64,000 nt of DNA from Elusimicrobiota bacterium. GTDB lineage: Bacteria; Elusimicrobiota; Elusimicrobia; Elusimicrobiales; UBA9959. The DNA lies in the NCBI GenBank assembly GCA_019135865.1, contig JAGVVD010000043.1:8340-72339 (forward strand). The letters are read 5' to 3'. The position numbers and the translations under genes were made by a program. The notes under the pieces are model-generated. The model was not told where the DNA came from and made no database searches. It saw nothing but the letters and a program-made list of their open reading frames with translations. Of this stretch, positions 9,404 through 18,755 are shown piece by piece. Every line of letters begins with the position of its first letter. Position 1 is the first letter of the stretch.

Positions 9404-10360
9404 TCAGGCCGCGGCGCGCCGGCGGCGGCCGAAATAGGAACGGGCGGCCGCTATGTCGCGGCCGATGGCGCGCACCAGTTCCTCTTTGGAGGGGAAACGC
9501 TCCTCGGCGCGCAGCCTCTTCAGGAATTCCACTTCCGCGGTCTCGCCGTATATCTGGCCCGAGAAATCGAGTATATGCGCTTCCAGCAGCATCCTGCCGC
9601 CCAGGGTGTTCACCGTAGGCCTGCGCCCGGAATTAGCCACGCAGGGGAACTCCCGGCCTTCCAGGCGGCAGAGGGCCGCGAAGATGCCGGGGGGGAGGAT
9701 CTTGAGCGGATCGGCCCCGATATTGGCCGTCGGGTACCCCAGCTTCGCGCCCAGTCCCGCGCCGCGTATTACCGGGCCCGATACCCTGTAATTGCGCCCC
9801 ATGCAGTCGGCGGCGGCCGTCACGCGCCCCTCCCAGAGCAGTTCCCTGACCAGCGTGGAGGAGATCTTCCTGCCTCCGCGCGAAACGAAGGGCACGGAGC
9901 GGAACAGCACTCCCTCGCGGCGGCAGGCCGCGCGCAGGAAAGCCGCGCCGCCGGAGCGGCCGCGGCCGAAGGCGAAGTCGGCGCCCACGCAGAGGCCGTC
10001 GGCGCGGAAGCGGCCGCGCACTATCTCGGCGAAGAAAGCCTCCGCGTCCATGGAGGCTATCTCGTCGGTGAAAGGCACGGGGGTGATGGAATCCAGTCCG
10101 AGCCCCCGGAGAGCCGCCTCCCTTTCGGAAGGCAGCGTTATCAGGCAGTTCTCGTGAACGCCGGAGAACACGAACTTGGGAGGCAGGGGGAAATAGACGA
10201 GCGAGTTCTTCCAGCCTCTCGAGCGGCCCTGGGCCACGACCGTCCTTATAAGCCGGGCGTGGCCCAGGTGCACCCCGTCGAAGGCGCCGATGGTCAGGCA
10301 CGTCGCATAGCTCCGCGCACCTGTGGCCGCAGTGCGGCTGTTCCGGCAGGAGCGTTTCAC
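9404..10360 (-). CDS. ribF: bifunctional riboflavin kinase / FMN adenylyltransferase
   Basis: GAFDGVHLGH motif and a C-terminal riboflavin kinase domain. The start is set to a GTG that overlaps the truB stop (GTGA). The track ORF extends spuriously to 10555 inside truB. Confidence 0.85.
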   Translation of the reverse strand: MKRSCRNSRTAATGARSYATCLTIGAFDGVHLGHARLIRTVVAQGRSRGWKNSLVYFPLPPKFVFSGVHENCLITLPSEREAALRGLGLDSITPVPFTDEIASMDAEAFFAEIVRGRFRADGLCVGADFAFGRGRSGGAAFLRAACRREGVLFRSVPFVSRGGRKISSTLVRELLWEGRVTAAADCMGRNYRVSGPVIRGAGLGAKLGYPTANIGADPLKILPPGIFAALCRLEGREFPCVANSGRRPTVNTLGGRMLLEAHILDFSGQIYGETAEVEFLKRLRAEERFPSKEELVRAIGRDIAAARSYFGRRRRAAA

Positions 10361-11055
10361 GCGGCGGTCTCCGCCGGCAGCAGGCGGGCCAGGACGGCCT
10401 CGCGCGGGGCCGAACGCAGGAAATCGGCCGTGACGGCGGCCTCCACCCTCCAGCCGGCCACGCGCGTCCTGCGCAGCGCGGCCAGGTGGCCGCCGCAGCC
10501 CAGCGCGGCGCCCAGCTCGTGCGCCACGGACCTGATATAGGTGCCGCCGGCGCATTCTATGACGAAATCCACGAAAGGCGGGAGCCAGTCCCAGGAGAGC
10601 CAGCGGAGCTCCACTTCCCGCTTCACCACGGGCGTCTCCTCTTTCCTGCGCGCCATCCTGTAAAGCTGCCGGCCTCCGACCTTCACGGCGGAATAAGGCG
10701 GGACCTGCTGTATTATCCTGCCCGTGAAGGCGGGGATGGCGGCGGCGACGGCCTCCCTCGTGACGCCGTCCGCGGCGGCGGAGGCCAGCACTTCGCCCGC
10801 GGCGTCCCAGGTGTCGGTGGTCTCGCCCAGCTTGATGCGCCCCGCATATGTCTTGGAACAGCCCTGCAGGCCGGCCTGCAGCCTGGTCGCGGCCCCCGAG
10901 AGCATAACGAGCAGCCCCGTCGCCATCGGGTCCAGCGTGCCGGTATGGCCTATCCGCCTGTGTCCCAGCGCGCGGCGCAGCAGGCCCACGGCGTCGTGCG
11001 AGGTTATGCCGGCGGGTTTGTCGAAGAGGAAGATGCCCGAGGGAATGGGCTGCAT
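10357..11055 (-). CDS. truB: tRNA pseudouridine(55) synthase
   Basis: GIFLFDKPAGITSHD and HTGTLDPMATG, which contains the catalytic Asp. Confidence 0.9.
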   Translation of the reverse strand: MQPIPSGIFLFDKPAGITSHDAVGLLRRALGHRRIGHTGTLDPMATGLLVMLSGAATRLQAGLQGCSKTYAGRIKLGETTDTWDAAGEVLASAAADGVTREAVAAAIPAFTGRIIQQVPPYSAVKVGGRQLYRMARRKEETPVVKREVELRWLSWDWLPPFVDFVIECAGGTYIRSVAHELGAALGCGGHLAALRRTRVAGWRVEAAVTADFLRSAPREAVLARLLPAETAA

Positions 11056-11064
11056 AAAGACGCT

Positions 11065-12063
11065 TCAGGAAGGCTTGAGCATGGGCAGGGCGGCTTCCAG
11101 CACCTTTTCCCTGGCCTCGGCCAGCGTGGCCTTCATACGGCAGCCGGCCGCGTTGCGGTGGCCGCCGCCGCCGAACTGGCGGGCGAGGTGGCTGACGTCG
11201 GCGTGGCCGCGCGAACGGAAAGTGATGTTGACCCGCTCAGGGTCCTCGCGGAACAGTATGGACATCCTGACCCCGGGGATCATGGTGCCGTAGTTGATGA
11301 CGTTCTCGCTGTGCTCGACCCGGGCGCCGAAGGCCTCGAAATCGGAGTGCTTCAGCGTCATGACCGCCAGACGCCCGCCGTTGAGCAGTTCGAGGCTCTC
11401 CAGGGCCCGGCCGAGTATCCTGAGCGACTCGAAGGCCTTGGTGGCGTAGAGCAGGTCGTTGATGCGCGAGAACTTGAAGCCGGTCTGCATCAGGCGCGCG
11501 GCCACGTCGAGGGTCCGGGGACTGGTGGCGGGGAAATGGAAACGGCCGGTGTCGGTGACTATGCCCGTGTAAAGCGCCGTCGCCTCGGTCTTATTGAGCT
11601 CCACCTTCATGTCGTAGAGCAGACGGTAGATGATCTCGGCCGTGGAGGAGGCGTGCATATCCAGGACGTTGACGCCGCCGTAGGCGACCGAGGTCTTGTG
11701 ATGGTCGATATTTACGACGGTCCCGACGCGCTTGAGCACGTCCTTGATGTCGCCGCCGCCCCGCTCGGGCGTGGAGCATTCCATCAGGATGGCCGCGTCG
11801 AAGGAGCCCTTGGGCGGGCGGGCTATCTTTATGGACTTGACGTGGCGCAGGAAGCCGAGATTGTCCGGCACCGGGTCGCGGGAATAGAGGTAGACCTTCT
11901 TGCCCAGGCGCTTGAGCACGGAGCCCAGCGCCAGCATGCAGCCGATCGTGTCGCCGTCGGGGTTGACGTGACCCGCGAGGAAGAAGGTCCGGCTCGCCTC
12001 TATGACCTTCTCGAGCTTGTTGAGCTCCTCCTCGAAGTTGAGCTCCGCCGGCTTTTTCCCCAT
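11065..12063 (-). CDS. nrnA: DHH/DHHA1 phosphoesterase (NrnA-like oligoribonuclease/pAp phosphatase)
   Basis: Motifs DGDTIGC, NIDHHKT and GGGHRNAAG. It sits in the conserved position between rbfA and truB. Confidence 0.8.
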   Translation of the reverse strand: MGKKPAELNFEEELNKLEKVIEASRTFFLAGHVNPDGDTIGCMLALGSVLKRLGKKVYLYSRDPVPDNLGFLRHVKSIKIARPPKGSFDAAILMECSTPERGGGDIKDVLKRVGTVVNIDHHKTSVAYGGVNVLDMHASSTAEIIYRLLYDMKVELNKTEATALYTGIVTDTGRFHFPATSPRTLDVAARLMQTGFKFSRINDLLYATKAFESLRILGRALESLELLNGGRLAVMTLKHSDFEAFGARVEHSENVINYGTMIPGVRMSILFREDPERVNITFRSRGHADVSHLARQFGGGGHRNAAGCRMKATLAEAREKVLEAALPMLKPS

Positions 12064-12068
12064 CGTCC

Positions 12069-12494
12069 TTATCCTCGCCCCGCGGGGGGGGCATCCCCGC
12101 CTTGCGGTGGCTTGTCCCCGTCCTGCGGGGGCTTGTCCTCGCCTTGCGGGGGCTTCTCCGAATCCAGCCTGCGGAAGAGTTTCTCCAGCTTGGCCGCTTC
12201 CGCCGGCGTGGAGTCGTAGCGGAACATGAGGTTCGGGATGTACTTCAGCCGCAGCCGCTTGCGCATGCTCTCGCGCACCTCGCGTATGGCGCCCTGCAGT
12301 ATGATCCCGGTCCGCTCCCGGTCCTGGGGGGAACCCAGGACCGAGTAGTAGACCGCCAGGTCCTTGCCGTCCGGCGAGATCTTAACGCCCGTTATCGTGA
12401 CCATCCCGCTGGAGTTGAGGCCGTTGACGTCCCTGAGCGCGAAGTTGACCTCCGCCAGGAACAGTTCGTTGAGCCTCTCCGAGCGCTTAAACAT
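12069..12494 (-). CDS. rbfA: ribosome-binding factor A with a repetitive C-terminal tail
   Basis: RbfA core (RSERLNELFLAEV..., LKYIPNLMFRYD) plus the tail KPPQGEDKPPQDGDKPPQGGDAPP. It overlaps the infB stop by 8 nt. Confidence 0.9.
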   Translation of the reverse strand: MFKRSERLNELFLAEVNFALRDVNGLNSSGMVTITGVKISPDGKDLAVYYSVLGSPQDRERTGIILQGAIREVRESMRKRLRLKYIPNLMFRYDSTPAEAAKLEKLFRRLDSEKPPQGEDKPPQDGDKPPQGGDAPPAGRG

Positions 12495-14958
12495 TGGGCG
12501 TTATGCGCCTCACGCGCTCTTCCTTGGTGATGGCCTCCAGGACGTCGCCGGCCTGGAAGTCCTTCACGCCCTCGAGCAGGATGCCGCACTCCAGGCCCTT
12601 GTCCACCTCGCGCACGTCGTCCTTGACGCGCTTGAGGCCGGAGATCTTGCCTGTGCCGATCACCTCTCCGCCGCGCACCACGCGCACGGCCTGGTTGCGG
12701 ACGACCTTGCCCTCCTTGACCTGCGAGCCGGCGACCCGGCCGGAACTCAGGTCGAAGATCTTGAGGATCTCCGCCCTGCCGGTCACGGTCTCGACGATCT
12801 CGGGCTCGAGCATGCCGCTCATGGCGGCCCTGATGTCCTCGAACAGGTCGTAGATGACCTTGTACGACCTGACCTCGACCCCGGCGAGTTTCGCGGCCTC
12901 CGACACCTTGGGGTCGGCGGAGGCGTTGAAGCCGAAGATGATCGCGTTCGAGGCCGTGGCCAGCTGGACATCCGACTCGGTCACGTTGCCCACGCCGGAG
13001 TGGAGTATGTGTATCGCCACCTCCTGCGTGCCCATCTTCTCGAGGGAGTCCTTTATGGCCTGCAGCGAGCCGAAGACGTCGGTCTTGAGGACCACGTTGA
13101 GCGTCTTGAGCAGTTTCTGCTCGACCTGGGACTTGAGCGAGAGCAGCGTGACGTGCTTCTGGTGTATCAGCGCGTCCTGCTTCTTGTGCATCTTGCGGGT
13201 CTCGGCCACGTGGCGGGCTTCCTTGTCCGATTCGTAGACGCGGAAGACGTCGCCCGCGGAGGGGACGTCGCCGGCTACGCCCAGGAGCTCTCCCGGCATG
13301 CCGGGCGTGAGCGTCTCGAGGCGGCGGCCCCGGTCGTCGACTATCGCCCGCACCTTGCCGCTGGCGGTCCCGACCACGAACGGCTGGCCGACCTTTATGG
13401 TGCCGCCGGTGCAGACGATGGTGCAGACTATGCCGCGCTTGGAGTGCAGGCTGGCCTCCACGACTATGGCCTGGCCGGCCTTGTCGGGGTTGGCCTTGAG
13501 CTCCATGAGCTCGGCCTGTATGCTGACCATCTCCATCAGCTTGTCGATGTTGGTCCGCTTGCGGGCGGAGATCTCCACCATCACGGTCTTGCCGCCCCAT
13601 TCCTCGGGGTTGAGGCCGTGGCCGGAGAGCTGCTGCTTGATGCTCTGCGGATTGGCCGTCGGGAGGTCCATCTTGTTGATGGCCACCACTATCGGCACGT
13701 TCGCCGCCTTGGCGTGGTTGATGGCCTCCAGCGTCTGCGGCATGACGCCGTCGACGGCGGAGACCACCAGCACCACCAGGTCGGTGACCTTCACGCCGTG
13801 CGCGCGCATGGCGGTGAAGGCCTCGTGACCGGGGGTGTCCAGCACCGTGATAAGGCCCTTGGAGGTCTTAACGGTGTAGGCGCCGATGTGCTGGGTTATC
13901 TGTCCGGCCTCGCTGTCGACCACGTTGGACTCGCGCAGCGCGTCGAGCAGCGTGGTCTTGCCGTGGTCGACGTGGCCCATGATCGTGATGATCGGGGGAC
14001 GGGGCTTGAGCGTGGCGGGGTCGTCCTTCTCGGCCTCCTCCGACGCCTTGGTCTCGTCCCCGTACATGGGCACGATGTCGATATTGAAGCCGTAGTCGGC
14101 CGCAACCAGCTCGGCCACGTCGGGTTCGAGGCGCTGGGTGATGGTGGCGAAAACGCCCATGCCCATCAGTTTCTTGATGAGGTCGACGGGCTTTATCTCC
14201 ATCTTCTCCGCCAGCTCGCGAACGGTTATCTGCGTCGAGACCTTGAGCGTCTTGAGCGTGTTGATCTCCACGTTCACCGGCGGTTCGGCCGGCTTGGGCG
14301 GCTCCGGCCTGGGCGGAGGAGGGGGCGTCGGCGCCGGCCTGGCCGCAGGGGCCTGGCGCGAGGGCGCGTAGCGCTGGTGCGGCCTGTGGGACGGCCCGGG
14401 GGGACGCGGCGCCTGGTAACCGGGGCCCGGCGTCCTGGGCAGCGTTATTTCCGACTTGAAGTTTATGGTCGGCATTTTGGGCCGCGGCGGCTCGGCCGGG
14501 ACGGCCGGCTGGGACGGCTTGGCCTGCGGCGCGGCGGCCGGCTTTTCCGCTTCCGGGGACGGAGGGGGCGGTACGGGCTTCTCGGGCTCGACGGCCGGCT
14601 TCTCGGGCTCCGGCGGGGGCGGAGGCGGCGGGGGCGGAGGAGGGGTCGGCCGCGGGCCGACGGTCCTCCTGGCGGAGGCCTGGCGTATGGGTTTCAGGGA
14701 GAAAGCCGAAATGGGACCGGGGCGGGGGGAGAGATCCTCCTCCTCTTCCTTGTCGTCCTTTTTGGCCTTGGGCTTAGCGGCCTTGGCCTTCCTGGGGGCG
14801 GCGGGAGCGTCGCCCTCTTTGGCCGTTTTCGTTTTCTTGACGGCCGGCTTTTTGGCCTTGGGCTCGCCCTTGGCCGCCGTTTTCTTGGTCTTGGGCCTGG
14901 ACTCTTCCGCGGCGGCGTCTTCCTTCAGTTCGTCACTCTTTGTTTTTTTCTGGGTCAT
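12487..14958 (-). CDS. infB: translation initiation factor IF-2
   Basis: G-domain [24 protein letters not shown]. The N-terminus is long and Pro/Lys/Ala-rich. The start is set at the ATG 6 nt after GGAGG. The track ORF starts 21 nt further upstream. Confidence 0.92.
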   Translation of the reverse strand: MTQKKTKSDELKEDAAAEESRPKTKKTAAKGEPKAKKPAVKKTKTAKEGDAPAAPRKAKAAKPKAKKDDKEEEEDLSPRPGPISAFSLKPIRQASARRTVGPRPTPPPPPPPPPPPEPEKPAVEPEKPVPPPPSPEAEKPAAAPQAKPSQPAVPAEPPRPKMPTINFKSEITLPRTPGPGYQAPRPPGPSHRPHQRYAPSRQAPAARPAPTPPPPPRPEPPKPAEPPVNVEINTLKTLKVSTQITVRELAEKMEIKPVDLIKKLMGMGVFATITQRLEPDVAELVAADYGFNIDIVPMYGDETKASEEAEKDDPATLKPRPPIITIMGHVDHGKTTLLDALRESNVVDSEAGQITQHIGAYTVKTSKGLITVLDTPGHEAFTAMRAHGVKVTDLVVLVVSAVDGVMPQTLEAINHAKAANVPIVVAINKMDLPTANPQSIKQQLSGHGLNPEEWGGKTVMVEISARKRTNIDKLMEMVSIQAELMELKANPDKAGQAIVVEASLHSKRGIVCTIVCTGGTIKVGQPFVVGTASGKVRAIVDDRGRRLETLTPGMPGELLGVAGDVPSAGDVFRVYESDKEARHVAETRKMHKKQDALIHQKHVTLLSLKSQVEQKLLKTLNVVLKTDVFGSLQAIKDSLEKMGTQEVAIHILHSGVGNVTESDVQLATASNAIIFGFNASADPKVSEAAKLAGVEVRSYKVIYDLFEDIRAAMSGMLEPEIVETVTGRAEILKIFDLSSGRVAGSQVKEGKVVRNQAVRVVRGGEVIGTGKISGLKRVKDDVREVDKGLECGILLEGVKDFQAGDVLEAITKEERVRRITPNV

Positions 14959-16408
14959 TCGACGCCTCCGTTGATCCATCGTTACCGGCGGGCTTCTCCG
15001 CCTGGGGCGCGGGCTGTTCCGCCGCGGGAGCCTCTTCGGCGGGCTTCTCCGCCGGGGCGGCCGGTCCGGCCGCGGGAGCGTCCCCGGCGGGCTTTTCCGC
15101 GGGGGCGGCGGCCGCTTCGGCCGGCTTGGACGTGCCGTCGTAGCCGGGGTTGTCTTCCAGGAACTTCTTCGCCCCGTCTATCATTTTCTGGGCCGTCTTG
15201 GGCCCTATGCCCTGGAAGGACGAAAGCTGGTCCGCCGTGAGGCCGGAAAGCTTCTGTATGCTGTCTATGCCCATCGCGATGAGCGTCTCGGCGACCTTGT
15301 TGCCGACGCCGTCGATCTTGAGCAGCTCGTTGGCGGCCAGCTCGGTGGTCTTGCGGGTCTCCTCGACCTTCTGGCCCTCGGACTTGACCTCGAGCTCCCA
15401 GCCGGTGAGGCGGGAAACGAGCCTGATGTTCTGGCCCTCGCGGCCGATGGCGATGGCGAGCTGGTCGTCGGGAACGATGACCAGCGCGCGGCGGTTCTCC
15501 TTGTCGAGCACCTTGACCGAGGTCGGGGTGGCGGGGGAGAAGGCCTTGGCGATGAAATACAGCGTCTCCTCGTTGTAGGGGATAAGGTCGATCTTCTCGC
15601 CGGCGAGCTCGCTCATGATGACGCGGATGCGGGAACCGCGGATGCCCACGCAGGCGCCGACCGGGTCGACCTTGGTCGAGTTGCTGCGCACCACGACCTT
15701 GGCGCGGAAGCCGGGCTCACGGGCGACGTTGACGATCTCGATGACCTTCTCGGCTATCTCGGGCACCTCCGCCTCGAACAGCGACTTGAGGAAGGAGTTG
15801 GAGGCGCGGGAGAGGACGATCTGCAGGCCCTTGTTCTCCTTGTCGACGCGGTGGATGATGGCGCGGATGCGCTGGTTGACCGTGTAGTGCTCGCGGCGGA
15901 TCTGCTCGGAGAACGGCAGGATGGCCTCGGTCTTGCCGAGGTCGACGAAAATGTCGCGGCCGGCGACGTGGTGGACCAGGCCGGTCACGACCTCGCCCTC
16001 GCGGGGCTTGAACTCCTCGAAGATCTTGACCTTCTCGATCTCGCGTATCTTCTGGACCAGCACCTGTTTGGCGGTCTGCGCCGCGATGCGGGAGAAGTCC
16101 TTGATATCGACGGGGATGCGCAGATCCTCGCCCATCTTGGCCTCGGGCGCGAACATCTGCGCCTCTTCGAGCGTGATCTCGATGTCGGGGGTGTAGACCT
16201 CCTCGACGACCTTCTTGATCAGGAAGCCGCGCATCTCGGCCGTGTCGGGATCTATCGTGGCCTCGAGCTGGGCGGTCTTGCCGAAATATTTACGCAGGGC
16301 GGAGACGAGCGAGTCGGTGATCGTCTTGAAGACGTCGTCCCGCTTTATGTTCTTTTCCCGTTCGAGCTGGTCCAGGACCAGCGCCAGTTCGGTCTTTTGT
16401 TTTTCCAT
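14933..16408 (-). CDS. nusA: transcription termination/antitermination factor NusA
   Basis: S1 and KH domains (GACVGIRGSRI), HhH repeats, and a C-terminal PAEKPA-type low-complexity tail. Confidence 0.92.
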   Translation of the reverse strand: MEKQKTELALVLDQLEREKNIKRDDVFKTITDSLVSALRKYFGKTAQLEATIDPDTAEMRGFLIKKVVEEVYTPDIEITLEEAQMFAPEAKMGEDLRIPVDIKDFSRIAAQTAKQVLVQKIREIEKVKIFEEFKPREGEVVTGLVHHVAGRDIFVDLGKTEAILPFSEQIRREHYTVNQRIRAIIHRVDKENKGLQIVLSRASNSFLKSLFEAEVPEIAEKVIEIVNVAREPGFRAKVVVRSNSTKVDPVGACVGIRGSRIRVIMSELAGEKIDLIPYNEETLYFIAKAFSPATPTSVKVLDKENRRALVIVPDDQLAIAIGREGQNIRLVSRLTGWELEVKSEGQKVEETRKTTELAANELLKIDGVGNKVAETLIAMGIDSIQKLSGLTADQLSSFQGIGPKTAQKMIDGAKKFLEDNPGYDGTSKPAEAAAAPAEKPAGDAPAAGPAAPAEKPAEEAPAAEQPAPQAEKPAGNDGSTEASNDPEKNKE

Positions 16409-16417
16409 TTTTTCCTC

Positions 16418-16888
16418 TTATTTATGCTTTTTGAGTATTTCGTCGTAATCGGGCTCTATCCTCGCCTCGTCTATGTCCTCGAGGGGAAAGGAGAGTCCGT
16501 CCGAAAGCAGGACCTTGCCGTCCGCGAAGCCCTTGAGCTCCGCGTGGAAGTTGCGGGAGTCGTTGACCGGGCGCTTCAGGCGCACGTGCACCCGGCTGCC
16601 AGCGAACCGCGTGAAATCCTTCTCCCGCCTGAGCGCGCGGTCGACGCCGGGGGAGGAGACCTCCAGTATGTAGCCGCCGGTCACTATCTCCGTCAGGTCC
16701 AGGTGTGCGCCGATCCTGTCGCTCCAGGCGCCGCAGTCGTCCAGCGTGACGCCGCCGGGGTCCTTGTCCATGAAGACCTGTATCAGCGGCTTGCCGCCGG
16801 GCTGGCGCAGCACCCTGAGGTCCGAAAGTTCCAGGCCCTCCGCCGAGAGAAGCGAGTCTATTTCCTGAAAAAGCCTATCCTTGTCCAT
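16418..16888 (-). CDS. rimP: ribosome maturation factor RimP
   Basis: MDKDRLFQEIDSLLSAEGLELSDLRV... It lies upstream of nusA. The start is set at the ATG preceded by AAAGGA. The track ORF's 5' extension is Arg-rich and was trimmed. Confidence 0.8.
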   Translation of the reverse strand: MDKDRLFQEIDSLLSAEGLELSDLRVLRQPGGKPLIQVFMDKDPGGVTLDDCGAWSDRIGAHLDLTEIVTGGYILEVSSPGVDRALRREKDFTRFAGSRVHVRLKRPVNDSRNFHAELKGFADGKVLLSDGLSFPLEDIDEARIEPDYDEILKKHK

Positions 16889-17004
16889 AATCCTTTCCAT
16901 CCACCGATGTCTTCCGGTTTGGCGGGGCCTGGCGGCCGCCGCGGGACTGCTGCGGGGAATTTGCAGGGTCCTATGAAAACGGCGGCCCCGAACATCAAGC
17001 CACC

Positions 17005-17030
17005 GCATAATTATAATAGCATTATAGGGG
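17005..17030 (-). promoter_or_regulatory. Candidate -10 elements for the rimP-nusA-infB operon
   Basis: Two TATAAT hexamers on the minus strand within an AT-rich patch (cccctataatgctattataattatg), about 120 nt upstream of rimP. No clean -35 at canonical spacing. Confidence 0.3.
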
Positions 17031-17086
17031 TTTCGGGGCAAGGGGCTCAGGCTCCCCGGGGCGCTTATGGAGAACCCTTCCGGGTG

Positions 17087-17357
17087 CTGGGGGCGGCTGT
17101 CCCCCTATGGGGACGCTTGATAGGCAGGGCTCCCTCGGCGGGCCTTCCGGAGCCACATGAGGAGCCGTCGCCCCGAGCGGAGCGCGGGCACCGGCACTGC
17201 CGGACGACCGAGAATGTCTGAGCCCGGAGCGCTATGCGCGATGGGCGAGTTCTCGGTCGGCCGCGCGCAGCAAAGGGTGGGTTCAGCGACGGCGAACCGT
17301 GGCGGAGCGAAGGCACGGCGAGGGAGCCCCTGCGGGTCCCCGGAATATTTCTCCTTA
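17087..17357. repeat. Family B repeat copy B2, preceded by a remnant of a family A 3' end
   Basis: gggggcggctgtccccctatggggacgcttgatagg mirrors the A-end/B-start junction at 30600-30635. It has the same core, accggcactgccggacgaccgagaatgtctgag...gagttctcggtcggcc. It ends in tctcctta, whose TAA on the minus strand is the stop codon of the DUF1116 gene. Confidence 0.75.
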
Positions 17358-18755
17358 CACCCCTTTTGCGAAGGCCTCGAAGGCCTTGCGGAAGGGCTCG
17401 GCGGGGGCGCTGAGCACGCCGGCGCCCACCTGTCCCACGCCGGGGTCCTTGTGCGCCACCCCGGTGTCGATGAAAGGCAGTATGCCCGTCTTCGCCACCT
17501 TGACGACGTCTATCCCCGTCGGGGTCCCGCGGAAGTTCAGGTAGGGGATTTTGTAGATATTGTTCTCTCCTGCGGTGATGCCGTACATCGCCATCGTGTA
17601 GTTGACCGCGTCGGCGGCGCTGCCCCCGACGAACTGCACTATCGCGGGCGCAGCCGCTATCGCGAAACCGCCGAGCCCGTTGGTCTCGGTTATCGCGGAA
17701 TCGCCGATGTCCGGGTTGGCGTCCGCCTTGGTATAGCCGGGGAAGTACAGCGCGTCCGGGACCTCGGCCGGGCCGGTGAACCACCGGCCGCCGGTGCCCG
17801 AGAGCTGCACGCCGAAATCCGTGCCGTTGCGCGCCATCACAACGACGACGCTGGAATCCTTCACGCCGCGCCCGGCGTCGAGCGAGGCCTTGGAGAGCGC
17901 CATCGAGAGATTGAGGAAGAAATGGTCGTTGCCGTTGACGAACTCCAGCACCTTCGCCGCGCGCTCCGGGTCCGGACAGGTCTTGATAACGGCCGGGGCG
18001 ATGGCGCGGTAGAGCAGCGAGGTGCCGGCGCGGTTGCGGTTGTGCACCTCGTCGCCCATGTGCAGCGCCTGCGCCACCATCGATTTGAGGTCCACCCGGC
18101 CCAGCGACTCTATCGCCGCCTTCAGCGTCGGATAGAGGACTTTCTCCATCCATTTAAGGCGTTCTATGACTTCCGGCGAATAGGCGCCGTAGCGCAGGAC
18201 CTTGCCCAGGCCCTCGTTCTGCGTGGCGTAGGCGCAGTTGGAGCCCGCCTCGTTCTTCACTATGAACACGGGCATGGAAGCGGAGATGATACCGGCCATC
18301 GGACCCACGGCGCCGTGCTCGTGGCAGGGCGCGTACCTTATCTTTCCCGACGCGGCCAGGCGCCCGGCCTCCTCAGGGGTTTTGGCCATGCCCTCGTACA
18401 TCAGGGCCGCCATGATGCCGCCGCGCATGGGCCCGCACATGCGTTCCCAGGTCACCGGCGGGCCGGCGTGGAGTATGAGGTCCCGCTTCATGCCTGGTAT
18501 CACGTCGATGGCGACGCCCATGCCGACCAGCGCCGGCTTGGCGTTGAGTATGCGCTCCAGCGCCTTGCGGTTGGCCTTGTCTATCCGGGCCGACGCTTTG
18601 GCGGCCTTCGTGAAAAGAGCGGTCTCCGTCGAGAGCGGCGGCTTGAACTGCGCCTGCACGCTCTTCACACCGGAGTCGGAGAGTCCCTGCCTGAAGGATT
18701 CCAGACCGATATTGACGACTTTGAGTTCGGAATCGAAAAGTCCCATTTCTCTCAC
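17355..18755 (-). CDS. DUF1116 protein (YlbE-like)
   Basis: 466 aa, translationally coupled to the FdrA-like gene by a 4-nt overlap. Sequence character and gene context match the E. coli fdrA-ylbE-ylbF trio. Confidence 0.65.
   Translation of the reverse strand: MREMGLFDSELKVVNIGLESFRQGLSDSGVKSVQAQFKPPLSTETALFTKAAKASARIDKANRKALERILNAKPALVGMGVAIDVIPGMKRDLILHAGPPVTWERMCGPMRGGIMAALMYEGMAKTPEEAGRLAASGKIRYAPCHEHGAVGPMAGIISASMPVFIVKNEAGSNCAYATQNEGLGKVLRYGAYSPEVIERLKWMEKVLYPTLKAAIESLGRVDLKSMVAQALHMGDEVHNRNRAGTSLLYRAIAPAVIKTCPDPERAAKVLEFVNGNDHFFLNLSMALSKASLDAGRGVKDSSVVVVMARNGTDFGVQLSGTGGRWFTGPAEVPDALYFPGYTKADANPDIGDSAITETNGLGGFAIAAAPAIVQFVGGSAADAVNYTMAMYGITAGENNIYKIPYLNFRGTPTGIDVVKVAKTGILPFIDTGVAHKDPGVGQVGAGVLSAPAEPFRKAFEAFAKGV

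Noticed and set aside
9399-9406. Convergent hydantoinase and ribF genes whose stop codons are only 2 nt apart, with no room for terminators.
   Set aside because: This is real in the sequence. It is common in compact genomes and not informative on its own. I noted it but did not raise it as a finding.
12364-15240. 958-aa plus-strand ORF opposite infB/nusA. Similar very long ORFs: 5416-7392(-), 22056-24512(+), 32455-34980(+), 46160-47980(-), 48300-50927(+), 8402-10540(+), 10486-12219(+), 55878-57425(-), 44118-45797(-).
   Set aside because: Each lies antisense or off-frame to a gene with unmistakable conserved motifs (IF-2, GspE, XDH, ProRS/IspG, carbamoyltransferase, GlyS, hydantoinase/RibF, NrnA, MnmE, Omp85-like). 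Their translations are Arg/Gly/Ala/Pro-rich with no motifs. Stop codons are rare in about 65% G+C DNA, so these are shadow ORFs.
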